A DNA stretch of 7,194 nucleotides from an uncultured Erysipelotrichaceae bacterium (GTDB lineage Bacteria > Bacillota_I > Bacilli_A > Erysipelotrichales > Erysipelotrichaceae), in contig CAYWGS010000075.1 of assembly GCA_964457525.1 (NCBI GenBank), forward strand, positions 1 to 7,194, given 5' to 3'. The position numbers and the translations under genes were made by a program. Numbering within the stretch: position 1 is the stretch's first letter; every line of letters begins with the position of its first letter. Below, in pieces: positions 1-5,586 of this stretch. The notes under the pieces are model-generated. The model did not search any database. It was not told the origin of the DNA and was given only the letters and a program-made list of their open reading frames with translations.

Positions 1-154
1 TAAGTAAGTAACCGCAAGTAACAACCTTCGTGCAAAGTAGATTGCCTCCTAACGCGGTATTGTTCTTTCTCATTTCGTCTACTTGTATTCGCTCTATCAA
101 AAGCACTGGTCCTTCAAAACCAAATCTAGCTTTTGCTTATACTCCAAAACGAGC

Positions 155-180
155 AAGCCCCGCTACACACGGCGGGGCTT
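155..180 (-). terminator. GC-rich hairpin, terminator-like, directly 3' of the 39-codon minus-strand ORF
   Basis: AAGCCCCGC (155-163) is perfectly complementary to GCGGGGCTT (172-180), giving a 9-bp stem with an 8-nt loop. It is by far the most GC-rich local element in AT-rich surroundings. On the minus strand it is followed by GCTCGTTTTGG, so the U-tract is displaced by 4 nt. On the plus strand it is followed by TACGCTTAAT. Terminator function and direction are therefore uncertain. Confidence 0.4.
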
Positions 181-185
181 TACGC

Positions 186-305
186 TTAATCGGTATTTTC
201 TTTCCACCTAATACAACCAAAAGAAACTGTATGGCTCGAAGAACATTCATATGCAACAATTCGTTGAATAAGAGAATTCCAAACTGTTTTATAAATTTTG
301 TTCAT
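186..305 (-). CDS. Hypothetical 39-aa peptide MNKIYKTVWNSLIQRIVAYECSSSHTVSFGCIRWKENTD; N-terminus resembles the ESPR signal-peptide extension; may be a gene remnant
   Basis: ATG at 305-303 is preceded by GGAG with a 5-nt spacer (TTGGAGCCATTATG). The TAA stop lies at 188-186, immediately before the 155-180 hairpin. The ORF is too short for the supplied track. A second frame (ATG 250 to TAA 137) overlaps it, so coding status is unproven. Confidence 0.3.
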   Translation of the reverse strand: MNKIYKTVWNSLIQRIVAYECSSSHTVSFGCIRWKENTD

Positions 306-365
306 AATGGCTCCAATATGATGTAAATAATATGGCTGAGATATTTTTCTGTGTATAATATTTGC

Positions 366-384
366 TTAAGAAATCATTTCTTAA
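366..384. promoter_or_regulatory. Perfect 19-bp palindrome TTAAGAAAT-C-ATTTCTTAA, operator-like
   Basis: Arms 366-374 and 376-384 are exact reverse complements around the single central C at 375. The palindrome lies 7 bp downstream of a plus-strand TATAAT (354-359). It also overlaps a candidate minus-strand promoter (TTAAGA, 18-nt spacer, TATTAT). The palindrome itself is certain; a regulatory role is inferred. Confidence 0.4.
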
Positions 385-458
385 TTTTAAATGTTTTACC
401 CTAGAGGTTTATATCTGCATTCTTAATCTAACATCCAATATAGAATTAAAGAAACACG

Positions 459-495
459 AAAAAAACCAGTACTTCAAAGTGGGTACTGGTTTTTT
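459..495. terminator. Bidirectional rho-independent terminator downstream of tRNA-Leu
   Basis: Stem CCAGTAC (466-472) pairs with GTACTGG (483-489). It is flanked by A7 (459-465) on the left and T6 (490-495) on the right, so either strand reads hairpin plus U-tract. On the minus strand it sits 10 nt after the tRNA-Leu CCA end. Confidence 0.85.
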
Positions 496-505
496 CATTT
501 AGCTC

Positions 506-588
506 TGGTGCGCGTGAAGGGACTCGAACCCCCATGGTTGCCCGCTAGATCCTAAGTCTAGTGCGTCTGCCAATTTCGCCACACGCGC
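506..588 (-). tRNA. tRNA-Leu, anticodon UAG, class II (long variable arm), CCA encoded
   Basis: The reverse complement reads GCGCGTG-TG-GCG..CGC-A-CTAGA-CTTAGGA-TCTAG-(11-nt variable arm)-GGGGG-TTCGAGT-CCCTT-CACGCGC-A-CCA. The 7-bp acceptor stem is perfect and the T-loop TTCGAGT is present. The anticodon loop CTTAGGA gives anticodon TAG. Length is 83 nt. Confidence 0.92.
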
Positions 589-601
589 AAAGTGCATTCA
601 A

Positions 602-630
602 ATTATAACAATCTTTTGAATACAGTTCAA
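602..630 (-). promoter_or_regulatory. Sigma-A-type promoter for tRNA-Leu
   Basis: On the minus strand, -35 TTGAAC (630-625) is followed by a 17-nt spacer and an extended -10 TGTTATAAT (610-602). The predicted start is a few nt upstream of the mature tRNA 5' end at 588. Confidence 0.7.
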
Positions 631-637
631 TACAAAA

Positions 638-1495
638 TTACTTTAAATTTCGAATATATGCGATACATTCAAGACCAGCAACACAACCATCGCCTACCGC
701 TTTCGCAATTTGCATCATTCCAGGGGTACAATCACCTGCCGCAAATAACCCAGGAACATTGGTTTGTTTCTTTTCATCTACGATAATTTTATTATTCTCA
801 ACAAGCGCTCCAATCTTTAAGGCTAAATCGGTAGCGGATGCGGAACCTAATGCAATAAACAATCCATTTATTTCAATTGTAGAATCATTGTCTAACGTAA
901 CAGCTTGAAGACGATCTGTCCCAACTAAATTCTTGATACGATTCTTAATAAATTTTACTCTTGGATCAAATTGACCTGTTGGTTCTAATCCATTGGTGAA
1001 TACAATAACTTCATCCGCAACATTCACTAATTCATGTGCTTCTTGAGCCGCATAATCACCATGACCTAAGACACCAACAATCTTCTTACGATAGAAGAAT
1101 GCATCACATATTGCACAATAGGAGACACCTCTTCCTTCAAGTTCTTTTAAATTAGGAATCTTAACAGTAGCTCGTGGAGACCCGGTTGCGATGATGACTG
1201 CTTTGGATAGATACGTATTTTGAGTTGTGGTGACAGTATACTCTAAACCAAAACTTAAACCCGTTACTTCTTCTTCAATGAGTTCAATATCTAATGCTTT
1301 CGCATGCTTATAACCCTGTTCTAAAAGTTCAGGCCCACTGATTTGAGTAAATCCATAGTAATTCCCAATCTTGTCGGTTTTCGCGAGTGCTCCACCATCT
1401 TTACCAATGACCAATACATTTAAACTAGCACGTTTAATATAGAGAGCAGCTTGTATACCAGCAGGGCCTTTTCCTAACACAATTACATCGTACAT
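638..1495 (-). CDS. Thioredoxin-reductase-family FAD flavoprotein (TrxB-like, 285 aa) with a CxxC redox centre but without canonical NADPH-binding residues
   Basis: The N-terminal FAD Rossmann motif is YDVIVLGKGPAG. The redox-active motif is SYCAICDAFFY (Cys codons at 1117-1115 and 1108-1106). The C-terminal FAD motif is GLFAAGDC. I prefer the start at ATG 1495 (MYDVIV...) because GGAGGA lies 6 nt upstream. The track start at 1519 has no SD and would add 8 residues before the Rossmann strand. Confidence 0.88.
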   Translation of the reverse strand: MYDVIVLGKGPAGIQAALYIKRASLNVLVIGKDGGALAKTDKIGNYYGFTQISGPELLEQGYKHAKALDIELIEEEVTGLSFGLEYTVTTTQNTYLSKAVIIATGSPRATVKIPNLKELEGRGVSYCAICDAFFYRKKIVGVLGHGDYAAQEAHELVNVADEVIVFTNGLEPTGQFDPRVKFIKNRIKNLVGTDRLQAVTLDNDSTIEINGLFIALGSASATDLALKIGALVENNKIIVDEKKQTNVPGLFAAGDCTPGMMQIAKAVGDGCVAGLECIAYIRNLK

Positions 1496-1521
1496 AACAT
1501 ATCCTCCAACATCACTCATTC

Positions 1522-1549
1522 ATTTTATCAAAAAATAATTTAAACTCAA
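1522..1549 (-). promoter_or_regulatory. Sigma-A-type promoter for the TrxB-like gene
   Basis: On the minus strand, -35 TTGAGT (1549-1544) is followed by a 16-nt spacer and an extended -10 TGATAAAAT (1530-1522). It lies between the upstream operon terminator and the SD/ATG at 1495. Confidence 0.6.
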
Positions 1550-1573
1550 GAAAAAGCAAGGATGACCTTGCTT
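1550..1573 (-). terminator. Rho-independent terminator ending the transporter-CBS/ACT operon
   Basis: The minus strand reads AAGCAAGG-TCAT-CCTTGCTT followed by TTTCTTG. That is an 8-bp stem (1573-1566 / 1561-1554), a 4-nt loop and a U-run. The stem overlaps the TAA stop (1572-1574) of the CBS/ACT gene. Confidence 0.75.
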
Positions 1574-2192
1574 AAAGAATTGATGTGATAGTATAACCGT
1601 TCTTTTCTAATAAATCACTTACACGCTTCTTATTCAACTCATTACAACGAATCACAACTTCATTACCATGATTTGCGAAATGAGAGATTGAAATATTATT
1701 ATCTGCGAATAATTTTGTAAAAGCCGCAAACTCACCCACACGATCATCGATGAGTACTGTTACACGAGTACCTACTTGATGATAACCAAACATATCAACA
1801 AATGCTTTCAAGATATCTGAAGTGGTAAGAATGCCTAAGAGTTCATTGGATTCGCTAACAACCGGTAAACATCCAATATCCTTCTTCTCCATAATATCAG
1901 CTGCCCCTTCAACTAACGCTTCAGGCCCTACTGTAATAACCTTTTTGATCATAATATCTTTGACTCTTGTTTTAGATAAAAGATAATTCATTTCATGAAT
2001 ACTCAAGGTTGTAAGATGGGAAGGTGTATTTTCTTGAACAACCCCTTGGGTTACCAATCCAACTAATTTACCTTTATCCACAACTGGAATACGATGAATC
2101 TTAAACTCATGCATTAAATCCAACACTTCTGAAATTGTTTGATCAGGCGTGACTGTTTTTGGATTAATGGTCATTTTATTCTTTACGTACAT
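1572..2192 (-). CDS. CBS-CBS-ACT domain protein (AcuB-like architecture), 206 aa
   Basis: There are two CBS-like repeats. The first spans about residues 1-55 and contains HRIPVVDKGKLVGLVT. The second spans about residues 76-135 and contains IGCLPVVSESNELLGILTTSDILKAF. A C-terminal region of about 65 aa (TRVTVLIDDRVGEFAAFTKLFADNNISISHF...VVIRCN...) has an ACT-like beta-alpha-beta-beta-alpha-beta pattern. The ATG at 2192 is preceded by AGGAGGA with a 5-nt spacer. Confidence 0.85.
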   Translation of the reverse strand: MYVKNKMTINPKTVTPDQTISEVLDLMHEFKIHRIPVVDKGKLVGLVTQGVVQENTPSHLTTLSIHEMNYLLSKTRVKDIMIKKVITVGPEALVEGAADIMEKKDIGCLPVVSESNELLGILTTSDILKAFVDMFGYHQVGTRVTVLIDDRVGEFAAFTKLFADNNISISHFANHGNEVVIRCNELNKKRVSDLLEKNGYTITSIL

Positions 2193-2194
2193 AG

Positions 2195-2905
2195 TTATCC
2201 TCCTAGATAGACTTTCTGTACATCAGGACTACTGAGTAATTCCTGACCTGTACCTTGTAATACGATACTACCTGTTTCTAATACATAAGCTTTATCCGCT
2301 ATCTTTAGAGCTTGCATCGCATTCTGTTCAACCAATAGAATCGTTGTGCCTTGTTCGTTGATATCCTTAATGATATTAAAGATTTCCTTAACGAGTAGTG
2401 GTGCTAAACCCATGGACGGTTCATCCAGTAACAACAACTTCGGTTTAGCCATCAAAGCACGTGATATCGCAAGCATTTGTTGTTCACCACCGGAAAGAGT
2501 CGCCGCATCTTGATTCTTACGTGAAGCCAAGATTGGGAAACGCTCATATACCATTTTTAAATCCTCTTTGATATTCTCTTTATCTTTTCTTAAATAAGCC
2601 CCCATTAATAGATTCTCATAAACAGACATCCCTGAGAAAATCTTTCGACCTTCTGGAACTTGAACTAAACCCGTACTCGGTAAGAGTTCAGGATGTTTGG
2701 TCTTACTAATCTCGTTCTCACAATAATAGATAGAACCAGACTCTGATTTAATCAAACCACTGATTGTACGTAACAAGGTTGTTTTACCCGCACCATTGGA
2801 TCCAATCAATGAAACAATCTGTCCCTCTTTTACTTCAATATTCACATTCTTAAGGGCATGAATGACACCATAATAGACATTTAAATCCGTTACTTTTAAA
2901 ATCAT
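2195..2905 (-). CDS. livF: Branched-chain/hydrophobic amino-acid ABC transporter ATP-binding protein, LivF-type, 236 aa
   Basis: Motifs present are Walker A GSNGAGKTT, signature LSGGEQQMLAISRAL, Walker B LLLLDEPSMGL and the LivF-typical LVEQNA switch region. The ATG at 2905 overlaps the livG stop (ATGA, 2902-2905). Confidence 0.93.
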   Translation of the reverse strand: MILKVTDLNVYYGVIHALKNVNIEVKEGQIVSLIGSNGAGKTTLLRTISGLIKSESGSIYYCENEISKTKHPELLPSTGLVQVPEGRKIFSGMSVYENLLMGAYLRKDKENIKEDLKMVYERFPILASRKNQDAATLSGGEQQMLAISRALMAKPKLLLLDEPSMGLAPLLVKEIFNIIKDINEQGTTILLVEQNAMQALKIADKAYVLETGSIVLQGTGQELLSSPDVQKVYLGG

Positions 2906-3684
2906 ATGTTATCCTCATCTCCAAGATAAGCTTCGATTACCTTAGGATTATTCTTTATTTCATCAGGTGTACCAGAAGCAATTAATTTCCCATAATCCAA
3001 CACAAATATTCTCTCACATATTTCCATAACTAAGGACATATCATGTTCGATTAAGACAATCGTAAGATTCATCTTTTCTTTAATCTCTTTGATAAAACCA
3101 GTTAAACCTTGTGTCTCTTGAGGATTCATTCCTGCAGCTGGTTCATCTAAGAAAAGAAGTTTAGCACCAGTTGCGAGTGCACGCGCAATTTCTAGTTGTC
3201 GTTGTTTACCATACGGTAAGTTTTTCGCTTTAGCATCTGCTAAATCATCTAAATTAACTTCTTTAAGGAAGGCACGCGCTTTTTCATCAATATAAGCTTC
3301 TGATGAATAGAACTTACCAACTCTTAAGAGTGCTCCTGCTAAGCCATATTTTGCTTCATGATTCATCGCAATTTTTACATTATCGAGAACACTTAATTCT
3401 TTGAACAAACGTATATTTTGAAATGTTCGTGCAACCCCTAATCTCGTAATTTTGTATGGAGGTAATTTTGATAATTCAATTTCTTTATCCCCCATACTAA
3501 ACATAACTCTACCTGAACTGGGTGCATATACACCTGTAAGAACATTGAATAAAGTGGTTTTACCTGCGCCATTTGGTCCAATTAAACCAACTAATTCATT
3601 CTTTTCAATCTTAAGACTAACATTCGAAACAGCGCTTAAACCACCAAAGTTACGCGTTAATTGTTCGATACGGAGTAGACTCAT
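2902..3684 (-). CDS. livG: Branched-chain/hydrophobic amino-acid ABC transporter ATP-binding protein, LivG-type, 260 aa
   Basis: Motifs present are Walker A GPNGAGKTT, a LivG-type signature LPYGKQRQLEIARAL, Walker B LLFLDEPAAGM and H-loop IEHDM. The C-terminal tail GTPDEIKNNPKVIEAYLG is also LivG-like. The ATG at 3684 overlaps the livM stop (ATGA, 3681-3684). Confidence 0.93.
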   Translation of the reverse strand: MSLLRIEQLTRNFGGLSAVSNVSLKIEKNELVGLIGPNGAGKTTLFNVLTGVYAPSSGRVMFSMGDKEIELSKLPPYKITRLGVARTFQNIRLFKELSVLDNVKIAMNHEAKYGLAGALLRVGKFYSSEAYIDEKARAFLKEVNLDDLADAKAKNLPYGKQRQLEIARALATGAKLLFLDEPAAGMNPQETQGLTGFIKEIKEKMNLTIVLIEHDMSLVMEICERIFVLDYGKLIASGTPDEIKNNPKVIEAYLGDEDNI

Positions 3685-4646
3685 AGTGATTTCCCCTTTC
3701 GTTTATTTCCCTTAAAATTAGGTAAAAGTTTTAATGATAGTTCTTGAGAACCAAGTAATCCCTGTGGTCTAAAGATCATGACAACAATAAGTATCAAAGC
3801 GTACATAATCATTCTTAACTCAGCATAAGGCTGCAATATGATATTAACGAATCCAATTAAGAAAGTTGCGATAATTGTCCCTGTTAATGATCCCATACCT
3901 CCAAATACAACTAATATAAGAATATTAATAGAAGTATTAACCCCAAATGAATCCGGTTTAACAATGTAATAGGTTGTGGAAAATAGAGCGCCAGCAACTG
4001 CTGCTAAAGCTGCTCCAAACATGAAGGCAATGACTTTATAGTAGGTTGTATTAATCCCCATTGCTTCTGCAGCTATTTCATCTTCTTTAATTGAAATACA
4101 CGCACGACCAATAGCAGAATTTTTAAAGTTATGTGTGAGTAAGATCGTTAATACAACAAACACGTATAAGAGTGGCCATGACATTAACATCTTAATATTA
4201 CTAATACCGGATGCTCCACCTGTAATGGATAAATTATTTAATACGATACGAATAATTTCAGCAACACCCAAGGTTGCGATCGCAAGGTAGTCACCCTTTA
4301 ATCTGAGGGTTGGTACCGCAACAATAAATGATACAACTAAACTAATGAGAATACCGATTCCAATACCAATAAACAAACCTGTTAGACTAGGAGCACTTTT
4401 AAGGGCTACAGCAGCACTAAACGCTCCAATTGACATAAATCCTGCATGGCCCAAAGATAATTGTCCTGTGATACCAATAATCATGTTTAAACTCAAACCT
4501 AACATGATATAGATGCCGATCCAGTAAATATTACTTCTCATATAGGAGGTAATAATCTTTTCTTGGATTAATAACTGAACCACCGCAAAAACAACAAGCA
4601 TTACAACCAGTGTAATAATATTCCGTTTGTTAAGATAGTTCTTCAT
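3681..4646 (-). CDS. livM: Branched-chain amino-acid ABC transporter permease, LivM-type, 321 aa
   Basis: It is a polytopic hydrophobic protein with LivM-like motifs (GQLSLGHAGFMSIGAF, RLKGDYLAIATLG). I prefer the start at ATG 4646 (MKNYLNKRN...), which lies 1 nt after the livH TAA (4648-4650) and has AAGGAGAAGGTG upstream. The track start at 4667 lies inside livH coding sequence and has no SD. Confidence 0.9.
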   Translation of the reverse strand: MKNYLNKRNIITLVVMLVVFAVVQLLIQEKIITSYMRSNIYWIGIYIMLGLSLNMIIGITGQLSLGHAGFMSIGAFSAAVALKSAPSLTGLFIGIGIGILISLVVSFIVAVPTLRLKGDYLAIATLGVAEIIRIVLNNLSITGGASGISNIKMLMSWPLLYVFVVLTILLTHNFKNSAIGRACISIKEDEIAAEAMGINTTYYKVIAFMFGAALAAVAGALFSTTYYIVKPDSFGVNTSINILILVVFGGMGSLTGTIIATFLIGFVNIILQPYAELRMIMYALILIVVMIFRPQGLLGSQELSLKLLPNFKGNKRKGKSL

Positions 4647-4647
4647 A

Positions 4648-5535
4648 TTACACCTTCTCCTTAACATTCTTACCTAATAAACCACTTGGTTTAACCAATA
4701 AAACAATAATGAGAAGTAAATAAACAACCGCATCACGATAAGGACTAATAAGTGTCCCACCATAACCTGCTACAAGAGCTTCCATAAGTCCAATCGCAAA
4801 TCCACCAATCATCGCACCAGGAATACTTCCTATACCTCCAAAAACAGCCGCTACGAAGGCTTTTAGACCAGGAGCAGTTCCCATCCAGAAAACAACACGA
4901 ATGTGGTATAAACCAATTAAAACGCCTGCTGCAGCCGCAAGAGCAGAACCAATCGCAAACGTAATTGTAATGGTATTATCAACATTGACCCCCATAAGTA
5001 CAGCCGCATCTTTATCCACCGCTACAGCTCGCATTGCACGCCCTAGTTTAGTCTTTAAGACGATAAACTGTAATAAAAACATTAATACCAGCGTAACAAC
5101 AAAGATTAAGATCTGTAGGGAATCAATCTGGACACCCCCAAGATTATAAACTTGTTTCTCAACAACCTGAGGGAATGCACTTGTATTATTCCCCATGATC
5201 ATAGCAGTTACATTTTGAAGTAAAAATGAGATACCAATTGCAGTAATAAGCGCTGCCGTTTTCGATGACTTTCTTAATGGTTTATACGCAACACGTTCGA
5301 TAACTACGCCTAAAAGAGCAGATACAACCATTGAGAAAATTAGCGCAAAAAAGAATGGCAACTTAAGAACAGTAATCGCCAACATACCGGCAAAAGCACC
5401 AAACATATAGATTTCACCATGAGCAAAGTTTATTAAGCGAATGATTCCATAGACCATGGTATAGCCTAACGCAACCAAAGCATAAATACTTCCCAAGGAT
5501 AATCCGTTGATAATTTGATTTAGAAACTCTAGCAT
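4648..5535 (-). CDS. livH: Branched-chain amino-acid ABC transporter permease, LivH-type, 295 aa
   Basis: It is hydrophobic with LivH-like motifs (GLSLGSIYALVALGYTMVYG, INFAHGE, GRAMRAVA). I prefer the start at ATG 5535 (MLEFLNQ...), preceded by AAGGAGG with a 5-nt spacer. The track start at 5568 is a TTG inside the 5559-5586 hairpin. Confidence 0.9.
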   Translation of the reverse strand: MLEFLNQIINGLSLGSIYALVALGYTMVYGIIRLINFAHGEIYMFGAFAGMLAITVLKLPFFFALIFSMVVSALLGVVIERVAYKPLRKSSKTAALITAIGISFLLQNVTAMIMGNNTSAFPQVVEKQVYNLGGVQIDSLQILIFVVTLVLMFLLQFIVLKTKLGRAMRAVAVDKDAAVLMGVNVDNTITITFAIGSALAAAAGVLIGLYHIRVVFWMGTAPGLKAFVAAVFGGIGSIPGAMIGGFAIGLMEALVAGYGGTLISPYRDAVVYLLLIIVLLVKPSGLLGKNVKEKV

Positions 5536-5558
5536 AAAGACCTCCTTAAATGAGAAAT

Positions 5559-5586
5559 AAACAGGCAAAGAAATATTTGCCTGTTT
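5559..5586 (-). terminator. Intercistronic hairpin between the binding-protein gene and livH (partial terminator or mRNA-stabilising element)
   Basis: AAACAGGCAAA (5559-5569) and TTTGCCTGTTT (5576-5586) form a perfect 11-bp stem with a 6-nt loop. On the minus strand it is followed by ATTTCTCATTT and then the livH SD. Confidence 0.6.

Noticed and set aside
1-11. TAAGTAAGTAA gives a stop codon in all three plus-strand frames, resembling an engineered three-frame stop cassette
   Set aside because: It is a short AT-rich motif easily produced by chance in a low-GC genome. Nothing else in the window looks synthetic: there are no cloning sites, tags or vector sequence. Its only practical consequence is that no plus-strand gene can read into the window.
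53-59. TACCGCG on the minus strand, reminiscent of the conserved T-box sequence GGUGGUACCGCG
   Set aside because: The essential upstream GGUGG (the UGGN that pairs with the tRNA acceptor end) is absent; the sequence reads AACAAUACCGCG. I could not find a Stem I specifier loop, a GA/K-turn motif or a mutually exclusive terminator/antiterminator pair.
30-326. Plus-strand 98-aa ORF from the track (GTG start)
   Set aside because: It has no SD and a low-complexity, Pro/Asn/Phe-rich composition that is not protein-like. It reads straight through the GC-rich hairpin at 155-180 and lies antisense to the better-supported minus-strand small ORF with an SD. It is most likely a chance open frame.
378-426. 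Repeated 8-mer TTCTTAAT (378-385 and 419-426)
   Set aside because: It is a single short AT-only repeat and is expected by chance in this composition. The first copy is already explained as part of the palindrome arm.
592-786. Plus-strand 64-aa ORF from the track
   Set aside because: It begins inside the tRNA-Leu promoter region and runs antisense through the 3' end of the TrxB-like gene. It has no SD and no recognisable motifs. It is an antisense shadow ORF.
1496-1519. Track N-terminal extension of the TrxB-like gene (MSDVGGYV...). The extensions of livM (4647-4667, MLRRRCN) and livH (5536-5568, TTG start, MPVYFSFKEVF) are rejected on the same grounds.
   Set aside because: In each case a downstream ATG has a proper SD at 5-10 nt and gives the family-typical N-terminus. 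The extended starts lack an SD. The TrxB-like extension contains the SD itself, the livM extension overlaps the livH coding sequence, and the livH extension starts within the intercistronic hairpin.
3452-3715. Plus-strand 87-aa ORF antisense to livG. The plus-strand ORFs at 4901-5149 and 6201-6545, antisense to livH and livJ, are rejected on the same grounds.
   Set aside because: All three lie entirely within well-supported minus-strand genes, lack ribosome-binding sites and have low-complexity translations. They are typical antisense shadow ORFs.
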